From Macrostomum hystrix (taxonomy: Eukaryota > Animalia > Platyhelminthes), in NCBI GenBank assembly GCA_950097015.1, contig CATNEN010000025.1, forward strand, positions 2,356,001 to 2,420,000: a stretch of 64,000 nucleotides of DNA, read 5' to 3'. This document shows positions 11,501 through 23,900 of this stretch, piece by piece (the first letter of the stretch is position 1; each line of letters opens with the position of its first letter). The notes beneath the pieces were generated by a model. That model saw nothing but the letters and a program-made list of their open reading frames with translations, searched no databases and was not told the origin of the DNA. Both the position numbers and the translations under genes were made by a program.

Positions 11501-14500
11501 AGTATAGACTTGGCTAGTTAAGCGCAATTCGGGTCAGTTACTATTACAAGTATATTAATACTAATTAATACAAGAATTAAAACTAGCTTTTCGCCCCACT
11601 CCAGCAGGCCCAAACATAATCCCTCTGGGCAAGAAACATTACAAAATGTCCCAGAGAACTAAAGAACCAATGACCCCCATTAGCAGAGAACCAATGACCC
11701 CCATTAGCAGAGAAGCAATGACCTTCTTTAGCAGAGAACCAATGACCCCCATTAGCAGAGAAGCAATGACCTTCTTTAGCAGAGAACCAATGACCCCCAT
11801 TAGCAGAGAAGCAATGACCTCCTTTAGCAGAGAAGCAATGACCTTCTTTAGCAGAGAACCAATGACCCCCATTAGCAGAGAAGCAATGACCTCCTTTAGC
11901 AGAGAACCAATGACCTCCTTTAGCAGAGAACCAATGACCTCCTTTAGCAGAGAACCAATGACCTTCTTTAGCAGAGACGTGAGACATGTCCCCTTTAGCA
12001 GAGAACCAATTACCCCTTTAGCATAGACCATTAACCAGGGAAGGTCAGGGCAGAGATTTACACACCTGTTTGAGTGTATGTGCTCTTGGGTCAGCTAAAT
12101 GAGCAGAATTGCCTCCTCGCTGGCTGCGGGTCGACTGTCGTCAGTGATTTACCAGTTCCCGAAAGACCCTATTGTACGAGTACATTTATTTTTATCTGCT
12201 GTCCAACTGATTTAATTTCCGCAGCCGCAGCGAATGGCGAGTGCATCACTACCACATCTACGTTAACGACCAGCGTCAATATTACCTGGCCGAGAAGCAC
12301 GCGTGCGCTTCCATAGCTGAGCTAATTTATTATCATAAGCATAATTCTGGAGGTGAGTTGGCTATATATTTTTGTAACCAAAGTTGTAATATGCTATAGT
12401 AGCTATTTTTCCCGTTAATAAAAGTTGTGTTAAACATCTATTTCCCCATGGCACTACTTAGAGTAGGCTAGATCACAGTAAAAATATTTTACTTATTTTT
12501 TTGTAAAACACAAAATAAACGTTAAAACTGCGTAATTAGAACTCACTAAAGTGATATTTAAGTTCATTCCTATAAAATCATCAGAAATATCCCAAATACC
12601 ATCAACGATAAAGTTGCCTTGTAGCCCAGTGATCAGACCTTCGGACTTATTGTCCTGAGGTCAGGAGTTCGAATCTCGGCCCTAGGGAGTCACTTAGCTC
12701 TCCATTGCTCAAGTGCACCCAACTGTAAACCCAGTACCAGTATTTTGTTTGTGTGTTACTTATCCCTTAGTCCATGGACTGAACAGCTGTACACAGCCTT
12801 TCTAAGAGCCACGCAATAGCTGCAATTGTGACACAAGATGTACATCCGGTTGAATTTCATTTTTCTATTTATCTACTCGTATTACAGTTCGTATCCATAT
12901 CGAGGGGAAAATATTACATTAAAGAACATTGTAAGACATCTAAATTGAAAATAAGTTAAATGAGTTTAAATAAGTTGAACCCCAAATCAAAATAAATTAA
13001 AATTAATTTCGATTTCTGAAAAAAAATCTGAGAATAGCGATCAAACAAGTCAATAAATCCTCATCTTTTAAAGAAAAATCCCAACGACAACGAGAAAAAT
13101 CCCAATTTACAAAGAAAAATTTGTAGGGAAAAATGCCAACCTTTGTTTAAAAATCCCTTCTTTTCAGGGGAAATCCCAATCTAAGTTGAAAAATTCCGAT
13201 CTTTCTGAATAGCCAAATATCCCCAGAAACCCTTAGCCTCCTAGTTAGGATTGACCAGTGCGAGAATGCCAAATTATCCCCATCCGGCAGGCCTAGTAGT
13301 CCGGCTGCGCAATCCGCCCAGCCTGGGCCAGGAGGCTCCAGCCCCGGTCGGCCTCGGCTTCGACGAGCTGGAGGTGGACCCGGCCGAGCTCAAGATGGAT
13401 CGAGATCCCATCGGTCGGGGCCAGTTCGGCGAAGTTCGCCGCGGCTGGCTGCGCGGCACGCAGGTGGCCGTCAAGCTGATGCTGGAGGGCGCCATGGCCG
13501 AAGAGGATTTCATTGAGGAGGCCAGGAATATGCGCAATTTGAATCATTCTAACCTGGTGCAGCTGTTTGGCGTGGTCACTAAATCCAAGCCTGTCATGCT
13601 GGTCACGGACTTCATGCCCTACGGCTCGCTGAAAGACTTCCTGCGCTCTCGCCGTGACAGCTACATGAAGACTAGTCGAGTGGCGGCCCTGCTCGACGTG
13701 TGCAACCAGGTTGCCGTAGCCATGATGTACCTGGAGGAGAGGAATTTCATTCATCGCGACCTCGCCTGCCGCAATATCCTAGTCAAATCCCTGCTGCACC
13801 TGCACGGATATATTGAGGCAAGTGATTGCCAGTGCATATGTTAGATATGTTGGACATGTAGATAAGACAAGCATACCTATACAAGAGGTAGATATATTGA
13901 TAATTAGACATGTAGATAGGCGAGGTAGACATGTTAATACGGCAGGAAGACATACTGATACTGCAGGAAGACATACTGATACTGCAGGAAGACATACTGA
14001 TACTGCAGGAAAACATACTGATACTGCAGGAAAACATACTGATACTGCAGGAAAACATACTGATACTGCAGGAAAACATACTGATACTGCAGGAAGACAT
14101 ACTGATACTGCAGGAAGACATACTGATACTGCAGGAAGACATACTGATACTGCAGGAAGACATACTGATACTGCAGGAAGACATACATATACAGCAGGTT
14201 GACATGATGATACGGCAAGTAGACATGATGATAGGGCAGGTAGACATGTTGATATGGCAAGTAGACGTACTGATACAGCAAATTCGACATGTTGATACAG
14301 CAAATTGACATGTTGATACGGAAGGAAGACATACTGATACGTCAGGAAGTCATGTTGATACGGAAGGAAGACATACTGATACGGCAGGAAGTCATGTTGA
14401 TACGGCAGGTAGACATGTTAATAGGCGAAGTAGATATGTTGATACGGCGGGTAGGCATGTTGATAGGCGAGGTAGACATGTATAGTCGAGGCTGTAGAGG

Positions 14501-14947
14501 TCATTACACACACTTCAGTCATCTCACCTGTCATTCGCCACTGCCCCACCGCAGGTGAAAGTAAGCGACTTCGGCATGGCCCGCTTCCTACTCGGCCAAG
14601 AATACGACGCCTCAGCCGGTTCAAAATTCCCAGTCCGCTGGGCTGCGCCCGAAGTGTTCCAGTGCAATCGGTACAGCGCCAAATCCGATGTCTGGGCATT
14701 CGGCGTCCTCATGTGGGAAGTGTTCACCTGTTGCGACAATCCCTACGGCAACCGCACCAACGCCCAGGTGTGCCAGTACGTAGCCGATGGCGGCGTCCTG
14801 GAGAAGCCCAGACTGTGCCCAGAGCATCAGGTGTACGTGTATATCATGCTGGACTGTTGGAAATCTCAGCCTAGCGATCGGCCTTCATTTAGCGAGACAG
14901 TTGCCAAATTTGACATTGTAATGGAGAACACCAATGTGTTCCGGTAA
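5588..14947 (+). CDS. BTK: Tec/Btk-family non-receptor tyrosine kinase (PH, Btk Zn motif, SH3, SH2, kinase), 10 coding exons
   Basis: Exons 5588-5740, 5861-5988, 7204-7546, 8196-8375, 8699-8763, 9266-9325, 9430-9573, 12225-12352, 13291-13817, 14555-14947 join in phase. Motifs: KRSQNKRLFTRENFKERYF (PH), YHPGAW..CC..C (Btk motif), GYIPANY (SH3), WYY..FLVRDS (SH2), GRGQFG, VAVK, HRDLACRN, DFG, GSKFPVRWAAPE. Confidence 0.95.
6035..7005. repeat. Minisatellite, 27 bp unit (tcctcccctgattcttcagtgtcctcc), in kinase intron 2
   Basis: About 35 tandem copies; source of the spurious 337-aa ORFs on both strands. Confidence 0.95.
7700..8150. repeat. Degenerate minisatellite, 23 bp unit (cattatcccagatccccgagtta), in kinase intron 3
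   Basis: 23-bp periodic core with decayed flanks. Confidence 0.85.
8905..9240. repeat. Minisatellite, 42 bp unit, in kinase intron 5
   Basis: tttctcggt(g/a)atatttggctgtttttaagtgatattgggctg, about 8 copies. Confidence 0.9.
9650..10185. repeat. Minisatellite, 24 bp unit (ctgggtgtctgttgtctctctatt), in kinase intron 7
   Basis: Direct tandem repeats. Confidence 0.92.
10186..10852. repeat. Minisatellite, 34 bp unit (ctaccattcagtctgtagtgtctgctatgtgtct), abutting the 24-bp array
   Basis: About 19 tandem copies. Confidence 0.92.
11655..12022. repeat. Minisatellite, 24 bp unit (ttagcagagaaccaatgaccccca), in kinase intron 7
   Basis: About 15 tandem copies. Confidence 0.92.
12621..12835 (+). mobile_element. 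tRNA-derived SINE
   Basis: A box GTAGCCCAGTGATCAG, B box GGAGTTCGAATCT, a central ...ATTGCTCAAGTGCACCCAACTGTAAACCCAGTACCAG domain and the palindrome AGTCCATGGACT, all shared with the copy at 21140-21352. Confidence 0.7.
13850..14480. repeat. Minisatellite, 21 bp unit (gcaggaagacatactgatact), in kinase intron 9
   Basis: Homogeneous core at about 13945-14180 with degenerate 21-bp periodic flanks. Confidence 0.92.
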
Positions 14948-15174
14948 AATGGCTGGTTTTAAGCTTGCTTTAAATTGTGAATTCATAACAGATTTAATTT
15001 CGCGATCTCATAAAAATCTGGTTAATTATTCTTGATCATATTTGCAGCATTATATAGACACCATTGTTTAACTGAATGAATACTGCCTTCAGTCCAGTGG
15101 GCTGTTCTTTATTTTAGTTCGTCTGTGCAAAAAGTTAGGCACATTAATTGGTTACCGTGTTGGAGACGGTATTC

Positions 15175-16290
15175 GACGGAACATGTTAGACACGGCAGTT
15201 GGTGGAACACGTTAGACACGGCAGTTGGTAGAACATGTTAGACACGGCAGTTGGTAGAACATGTTAGACACGGCAGTGGGTGGAACATGTTAGTCACGGC
15301 AGTTGGTGGAACATGTTAGACACGGCAGTTGGTGGAACATGTTAGACACGGCAGTTGATGGAACATGTTAGACACGGCAGTAGATGGAACATGTTAGACA
15401 CGGCAGTTGGTGGAATATGTTAGACACGGCAGTTGGTGGAACATGTTAGACACGGCAGTTGATGGATCATGTTAGTCACGGCAGTTGGTGGAACATGTTA
15501 GACACGGCAGTTGTTGGAATATGTTAGACACGGCAATTGGTGGAACATGTTAGACACGGCAGTTGATGGATCATGTTAGTCACGGCAGTTGGTGGAACAT
15601 GTTAGACACGGCAGTTGGTGGAATATGTTAGACACGGCAGTTGGTGGAACATGTTAGTCACGGCAGTTGGTGGAACATGTTAGACACGGCAGTTGATGGA
15701 ACATGTTAGACACGGCAGTAGATGGAACATGTTAGACACGGCAGTTGGTGGAACATGTTAGACACGGCAGTTGGTGGAACATGTTAGACACGGCAGTGGG
15801 TGGAACATGTTAGACACGGCAGTTGGTGGAACATGTTAGACACGGCAGTTGGTGGAACATGTTAGACACGGCAGTGGGTGGAACATGTTAGACACGGCAG
15901 TTGGTGGAACATGTTAGACACGGCAGTTGGTGGAACATGTTAGACACTGCAGTGGATGGAACATGTTAGACACGGCAGTTGGTGGAACATGTTAGACACG
16001 GCAGTTGGTGGAACATGTTAGACACTGCAGTGGATGGAACATGTTAGACACGGCAGTTGGTGGAACATGTTAGACACGGCAGTGGGTGGAACATGTTAGA
16101 CACGGCAGTTGGTGGAACTTGTTAGACACGGCAGTTGGTGGAACATGTTAGACACGGCAGTTGGTGGAACATGTTAGACACGGCAGTTGGTGGAACATGT
16201 TAGACACTGCAGTTGGTGGAACATGTTAGACACGGCAGTGGATGGAACATGTTAGACACGGCAGTTGATGGAACATGTTAGACATGGCAA
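15175..16290. repeat. Minisatellite, 26 bp unit (gttagacacggcagttggtggaacat), just 3' of the kinase stop
   Basis: About 42 tandem copies. Confidence 0.95.
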
Positions 16291-17204
16291 TATAATGCTG
16301 CACTATAATGCTTATAACTCTAATTTGACTTGGCAAGCAAAGTCATTTATTTAATGGCGCCTCCCAGCTATCTCTGACCCAGCTTGTTTATTTATACACT
16401 TGTAATAGGCATTGTATTTTTTAATCCAATTTTGTTCTGCAATCACTTCAGATGTCAGCTCTAGACTTTGCAAAGCGATACAAGTACATATTTCAATATG
16501 TTCTTTAAGATGTGTGTAGTTTATATTTTTCTGCTATCTTGTCTTCCTATCCCTCAGACGTCTCTCTTCATATTTCATCATATCTTCTTGTTCTTAATAG
16601 ACATTTTGCACCGCTAGGAAATCAAAACACAGTTGCTTTTCACTTGCTTCTTCTCTGACAATTGCTGCTGTTGCTTATGCCTTGTTTGTGTTGTTTATTT
16701 TTATTTCGAAAACAGCAAACGATATGTTGGCTAAAAGCTATTAATTGTAAATTTGTTGTCTTTCCATGCATAATGGCAATCCATTATTATAACTAATGCA
16801 TAGGCTTAGTTTTTTATTTACTCTTGATTCGTCACAGCTAACGCAATCATGCTACTCTAAGTAGTACAATTAATTATTTATGATGTATTTTTGCGTGCTA
16901 AAAGCCTTTACATAGTGCTATATGTTTTATTCTATATTTTCGCAAACAAATCTTTAGGTTGCTAATTTTTATTTCACATTTTTCAGCTAGCTAATCATTA
17001 TTGCCAGACAATTGTTAGTTTGATAATTGAAAATCTATTAACTGCTAAATATTGTTCTATCATTATTATAGAAAATTAAACTCTGCTTTTTTAATTTAGT
17101 CTTCTTTTACCCTAAATTTACAACTCATCATCCTTTGCTCGATTATCCGAAACCAAAGTATTTTGTGACCTTCCAAATATTGGATGCTTTTTGAGTGGTC
17201 AATT

Positions 17205-18052
17205 ACCTCCCTAATCCTAATTAGAATTTGTCTCTGACCTCCCTAATCCTAATTAGAATTTGTCTCTGACCTCCCTAATCCTAATTAGAATTTGTCTCTG
17301 ACCTCCCTAATCCTAATTAGAATTTGTCTCTGACCTCCCTAATCCTAATTAGAATTTGTCTCTGACCTCCCTAATCCTAATTAGAATTTGTCTCTGACCT
17401 CCCTAATCCTAATTAGAATTTGTCTCTGACCTCCCTAATCCTAATTAGAATTTGTCTCTGACCTCCCTAATCCTAATTAGAATTTGTCTCTGACCTCCCT
17501 AATCCTAATTAGAATTTGTCTCTGACCTCCCTAATCCTAATTAGAATTTGTCTCTGACCTCCCTAATCCTAATTAGAATTTGTCTCTGACCTCCCTAATC
17601 CTAATTAGAATTTGTCTCTGACCTCCCTAATCCTAATTAGAATTTGTCTCTGACCTCCCTAATCCTAATTAGAATTTGTCTCTGACCTCCCTAATCCTAA
17701 TTAGAATTTGTCTCTGACCTCCCTAATCCTAATTAGAATTTGTCTCTGACCTCCCTAATCCTAATTAGAATTTGTCTCTGACCTCCCTAATCCTAATTAG
17801 AATTTGTCTCTGACCTCCCTAATCCTAATTAGAATTTGTCTCTGACCTCCCTAATCCTAATTAGAATTTGTCTCTGACCTCCCTAATCCTAATTAGAATT
17901 TGTCTCTGACCTCCCTAATCCTAATTAGAATTTGTCTCTGACCTCCCTAATCCTAATTAGAATTTGTCTCTGACCTCCCTAATCCTAATTAGAATTTGTC
18001 TCTGACCTCCCTAATCCTAATTGGAATTTGTCTCTGACCTCCCTAATCCTGA
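17205..18052. repeat. Near-perfect minisatellite, 32 bp unit (acctccctaatcctaattagaatttgtctctg)
   Basis: About 26 almost invariant copies; degenerate tgacct-periodic flank to about 18220. Confidence 0.95.
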
Positions 18053-19724
18053 TTATAGGATTATACTTAATTGTGTAAGTGGAAGTGGTCTAATTGTGTA
18101 AGTGGTCATCGACCTTATTTATTCTAATTAGAAGTTGTCATTGACCTCGCTTGTTTTGATTTTGAAGGGGTCACTGACCTCCATAATCCAGGGTATGGAT
18201 TTGGTCATTGGACCTCACTTATTCAGGTTATTGGGGTGCTAATTTTACTAACTAGTTTCTAAGAAACAGCATGACTCAATCAAAAGCTGACTTGCCTAAA
18301 GAACAATGATTTATTCCAAAGTGGTTCTGCTAAAAGCTAACTTGCGTGGCCACATGCATGTACATTGTAGGCAGTTATAGACTTTTTGGTCTTCTCTGTC
18401 AGTTTTTTTATTGTTAATATTTTGTACGATATTTGTTTAACATAGCATCGACAGTTTCCTGCTAAGCCTACTTATAGTAGCAGTTTGTGTTTCTCTGTGC
18501 TAGCGCGCGTGGTTTTGTCGTAATATTTTTCTTTTGTCTAGAAGTAATTAGTGTGCGATATTTATATTTATATTTTTTCAGCCGACTATGCTTGTAAATT
18601 GGCAATCAATGTCTTGAATGCAAAATATATTTGTTTAGTTTGCCTTTGACAATGCAATAATTGTTTCAGAGATATGGGTATTTTGTGTTGCCCTGTTCTT
18701 TTTCTGATACCCTTACATGCTATATAAATAAACAATGTGCCTGCATGTCTTTGTTCTATTTTGCTCTGCTTTTTTAATTCACTTGCTGTTTTTTTACTGA
18801 GCTCAAGTTCTTCAGGTTACACTAATTAACCTGGTGGTGACGAAAACACCTCAACTTAATATCTTAAAACATGCTATCTACAGAGGTCCTTAGATCGCAA
18901 ATTTGTATCCAATTCATATTATTTTCTAAATCTCAAAAAGTATTATAAGACAGTCAGACAGTCAGACAATTTTGTGAATAGAAGTAGTTCACTTATTTTT
19001 GTTGATTTTCAGTTTATTTATTGTTCTATTACTGGCAATAAAATATGTGTATATAGAGCAGGCTAAAATGAATGTGGGAAACGGTAAGATTATGCTTGGT
19101 TGAATTTTTTTAATTTTCTTTAACGTATAATGCATAATAATTGGTATTATAGCGGAGCTTGTTAATCTAACACTGGCTACACAAAGGCTGGTACCTGGCT
19201 GCATTCTCTGGTGGGAAATATTTAATTTGCCAATTGCAGATTGGTTTGTAGTTTGCAGATCTGCAACTAGTTTATACCAGCCTTGAAAAGTTTAGATTTA
19301 GAGTTTAGACTAAAATAAAATTGCTAAGTCCGTACAACACAGATGGGATTATAAAGACAATAGAATTAAAAATGACAAAACAATAACCATATTAACAGTT
19401 AGAGTCGGTAATGGATAATAATTATTAAAACACTAAATAGCGATGTGAGGACACGCATTGCACTTGCACTTGTCTAAACTACTCGTATGATAATTAAGCG
19501 GAAAATCGTTTCTTGTGAGGAACTTATTGCAGTCCAGAGAAAAATAGAAGAATTGAGATTTTAGAGAGGGATCGAAAAAATGATACACGAAGATGACAAC
19601 ACGGACAGACTGACAGACGCCACAACATAAATGAAGACAACGAATTACTCGAGTGTGAATATTATGCACGGTGGAGTGGGCGTAAGGAAGGTTTTTCGGA
19701 GGAAAGCGTCTCTTATTCAAGCGT

Positions 19725-19935
19725 ATTGAGGCTCTCGACGTTGTTTTGAAGCTCTCGAGGTTGTATTGAGGTTCTCGAGGTTGTATTGAGGCTCTCGATG
19801 TTGTATTGAGGCTCTCGAGGTTGTATTGAGGCTCTCGAGGTTGTATTGAGGCTCTCGAGGTTGTATTGAGGCTCTCGAGGTTGTATTGAGGCTCTCGAGG
19901 TTTTATTGAGGCTCTTGATATTTCATTGAGGCTTT
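19725..19935. repeat. Minisatellite, 20 bp unit (tgaggctctcgaggttgtat)
   Basis: About 9 copies. Confidence 0.9.
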
Positions 19936-20924
19936 CAAAGTTACTTCGAGGTTTCAAAGTTACATTTTAGTATGATCAAAGTTTGTGCCTAATAAACTTT
20001 AATATCAAGAGCCCTTTATCCATATTGTATTAAAACTATGTCACCCAGAAGAAACTCGGCCGCTGGGCTGGTAGGGGCGGTAGATTTGACAGAGCACGTA
20101 CACAGACAAGAGAATACGGATGACACTTGATTATAGCGATGATTAGACGCTTCAAACAGGAGAGTACGCTAATCGAAAGAAAAAATCATTTAACATTGAA
20201 TGTGTGAATGAGGTTGCAACCTTGAATAGCAGCGCGTGTAAATGTGGGATATTTTTCCAATATAATAAACACTTAGCTAGCATATGTCCTTTGATGGAAG
20301 GGATCCAAAGCTCGTGTCCGTTAGCTGAAGAGCATCCTAGATTCAAATTAGCTAGTCATAAAACAAAGCTTGAAGTTTAGAGGCGCAGGAACAAAAACTG
20401 AAAATAAAATTATATAATATAAAATTAACTAAAACAGCAGAGGATTAAAATTTAGCATATCTATAGAGAGCTGATATTGACAAAAAACTGAGGAAAGAAA
20501 CGAATAATTGTATAAATTCGGGACTAAATGTACTAATTGGAATTCCATTACTGTCAATACCTGTTTAATTTTGAGTTCTTGAGTCTGTACTCGCAGAGTT
20601 TTTAATCAGGTTTTACCCATCTGTCTTTATGGACTATAAGTTAAAGTTACACTTTATCGGATGTAATGAAATGGTATCAAACACTCTAGATAGAGATAAG
20701 ACCATACTAGTCATATATATCATTCGTACTAATGCGTAACTGTGGGTGCACAATTAGATAATTTCGGTGTGCTGTCTAGTATAAGTTGCGGCTAGTTGAA
20801 GTCGCTAAATTTAGATTTCGGTCCTGATAAACGGGAAGTACAAGTTTTTGGTTAGCCGTTCGAATCTTTGTTTAAACAGCGTCGTTGTCTCTTATCAATG
20901 TTTTTGTCGCCACACATCTCGGCT

Positions 20925-23900
20925 TCACTTTAAATCAACAGCATCAGCCTCGGCGACTGGGCCGGCGTTATCGGCTCCGGCGGCCGCGTCTCCGCCGCTG
21001 AATTTCGAGGCCGCCTTGGACTGCAGGCCGGTGAAGAAACCCGACATGGCGCTGCGAGCGTTGAAGATGGCGCCGCCTGGGTGCGAAGGAATTTCATGAC
21101 TGCCTGCAGTTCTTAACAGTAGAAATACCACGCGATTTCCCCCTGCGTACGGCTGTTCAGTCCATGGACTGGGGGGGACGCCACACCCACCCTCAATCAC
21201 CCCAGCTGATGCTGGTACCCATTTAACAGCTGGGTGAACTGAAGCAATGCAGAGTTAAGTTTCTTGCTAAGGGACACAAATTGTTCCAGTGGAGTCAAGA
21301 ATCGAACCCCAGACCTTTAAGTACTGAGTCCAATGCCCTAACCACTAGGCTACAACCATCTCTGGAGATACAGAAAAAATGGGGGTATTTGAAATACCCC
21401 ATGCTCTTTTTACTGCTAAACATAAAATATAATGAGGTGCTTTTTAAAGAACTTTTAAACCTTTAAATAGTACTTTCTTGTGCACTTTGAAAATGTGGTT
21501 TTGTACTTTTAGATTGATGCCAGGATGGCACTGGCACATTATTTTATGACAGTCGCCCCGCAGCTAGCGAGGACACACTCTTGAGCACACACTCACACAG
21601 GTGTGTACATCTGCCCTGACTTTCTCATCGTCAGGCAGTGTACACTTTCACTGAGCCTTGGAGGTTGGCCCTTAAGGGCATAAATTGCACTACAAGCCTA
21701 GGTACACGCTCATCAGTGATGGTGACCTACCGACAGCTTTGCCCGTATCCTCAATAACCCGGCCAGTGGACTGCACGGCGTTCGTGACCTTTCGGCCCTG
21801 CTCCGTGCCCGTCAGCAGCTGGTTGAACTTCATGCCGATGGCCGACTGGCCGTGACACGGGTGCTGATGGTTCTCCATGCTGGCTAGGCCGCGGTGATCG
21901 TGAGCGGACCACACCTTGAAGTGGTAGGTTTTCTGCAGGGCGCGGATGAACGAGGCGTTGAAATCCTGCCACTCCTCTGAGTCGTTGCTCTTGGCGGCCA
22001 GGAGTGCCGACAGCAGGTACATGCGGAACTGGGCTCGCAGCCAGTCGTCTGAGCCCTCCGACTCTGAGGCGAGTGGGTGAGCAGTGCGGGAATCAGAGGT
22101 TGAGCAACACGTCGGCGATTCGCGGATTATTTGTTCGGATGAATATAAAGGTGCGACGGGATGGGTGTGACAGATTCTGATGGGTAGGGTGTGACAGTTC
22201 CTGATGGGTAGGGTGTGACAGTTCCTGATGGGTAGGGTGTGACAGTTCCTGATGGGTAGGGTGTGACAGTTCCTGATGGGTAGGGTGTGACAGTTCCTGA
22301 TGGGTAGGGTGTGACAGTTCCTGATGGGTAGGGTGTGACAGTTCCTGATGGGTAGGGTGTGACAGTTCCTGATGGGTAGGGTGTGACAGTTCCTGATGGG
22401 TAGGGTGTGACAGCTCCTGATGGGTAGGGTGTGACAGTTCCTGATGGGTAGGGTGTGACAGTTCCTGATGGGTAGGGTGTGACAGTTCCTGATGGGTAGG
22501 GTGTGACAGTTCCTGATGGGTAGGGTGTGACAGCTCCTGATGGGTAGGGTGTGACAGTTCCTGATGGGTAGGGTGTGACAGTTCCTGATGGGTAGGGTGT
22601 GACAGTTCCTGATGGGTAGGGTGTGACAGTTCCTGATGGGTAGGGTGTGACAGTTCCTGATGGGTAGGGTGTGACAGTTCCTGATGGGTAGGGTGTGACA
22701 GTTCCTGATGGGTAGGGTGTGACAGTTCCTGATGGGTAGGGTGTGACAGTTCCTGATGAGTAGGGCGACAGATTCCGATGGGTTTTTGGAACCAATATGC
22801 GCGAAGGTGCATGCTGACACTTGGTGTTGATAAAAGAATCATGCAGCAATTCAATCAGGATTGTTTACTATCAATAGTTAGAGTTATCTAACTGATTCAA
22901 ATAAAGTTATTAGGAGTTTTCGGTTTATCGAACCTATATATGAAAACAATGTCACTAGCAGAAAATCGATTTATCCAAACGAAACCTTTTCATTAACAGA
23001 CGGACTTGTCAGACTTAAGCTCCAATGAATGGAAGTGGCACGTTTGTTATTAAACATTTGACATTGGGATAGGAAATCTACGAATGCTATGATTAACTTA
23101 TATATTCGCTGTAAAAACTCTTACAGTCCTACTGCAAGTAGCTGCTATCTGAAAGTTGCGAATATTGAACTCCCAGATACTCGTATTTTAGAAGCATTTT
23201 TATCAGCACATCATCTGATGAGGAGACAGCAGAGGATAAGAGATGCAATCGGTAGCAGGATAATCCTTCTGCCCCGCACCACCGCGGTAGCGTCTTCCCA
23301 TTGATGGATCATTAATCCTCACTGGGATAACTGATCAACTGTCCCTGGGCTGGGAACGGAATGAAGCGATAGAAAATGATAGGAAGCGAAAAAATGCCCA
23401 ACTTGATAGCTGAAGAGATTTTTCATTTCCTGTTGGCAGTGCTCAGACTAGGTCACAGGCGGAAATACTGATAAGAGATACTTGGACTCGTCCTGAAAAT
23501 TAGATTGATAATACATCTATAACCAACAGAACAGTGAAAAAAAGAATTTCAGCTCTGGTTTGACAACAGCACTTTTTTTAAACGAATTTCAGAAGTCTCC
23601 CGTAGCGGGGAAACGATAACTGTGGGAGTTAGGGGAGTTAGGAGAACACGCAGGGGCTGAAGGGAAAGCTTGTGCTATGTGGGGTGAGAGAAGGGTAGGG
23701 ATAGAGGATTATTGATTGATTCGGCTCGCGGGAATGGCGCTTTGGGAAGGGGGGAGGTAAAGGTGGGCGGAGGCGGGTCGTGGCTGAGCAGGCGGGGCAG
23801 GAGAGAGCTGGGGAAACAGAAGCTAGGATGGGGATTTCGGGTGTTGGTGGGCAGTGTGTCGGCCCAACTTTCCCTATTTCCGCCGGTGTCTGAGGTTATT

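Noticed and set aside
13750-13780. Catalytic loop HRDLACRN instead of HRDLAARN
   Set aside because: A tolerated variant in tyrosine kinases; catalytic Asp, Arg, Asn, the VAVK Lys and DFG are intact.
15175-16290. p53 half-site-like GAACATGTTA in each 26-bp unit
   Set aside because: 9/10 match to a single half-site with a 16-bp gap to the next, which is not a canonical response element.
15175-18052. Regular 26-32 bp repeats as possible CRISPR arrays
   Set aside because: Units are head-to-tail with no unique spacers, there are no cas genes, and the context is eukaryotic.
19433-19957. 174-aa minus ORF with a Cys-rich tail
   Set aside because: Half is a 20-bp minisatellite, the start is non-ATG, and no family or splice support was found.
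21290-21352. tRNA-like sequences (also at 12621)
   Set aside because: Only A and B boxes are retained, with no complete cloverleaf, and they continue into a shared SINE body.
21690-22854. 376-aa ORF with (RNCHTLPI)n fused to AVL9 sequence
   Set aside because: The real exon starts at the acceptor at 22063; the repeat part is intronic.
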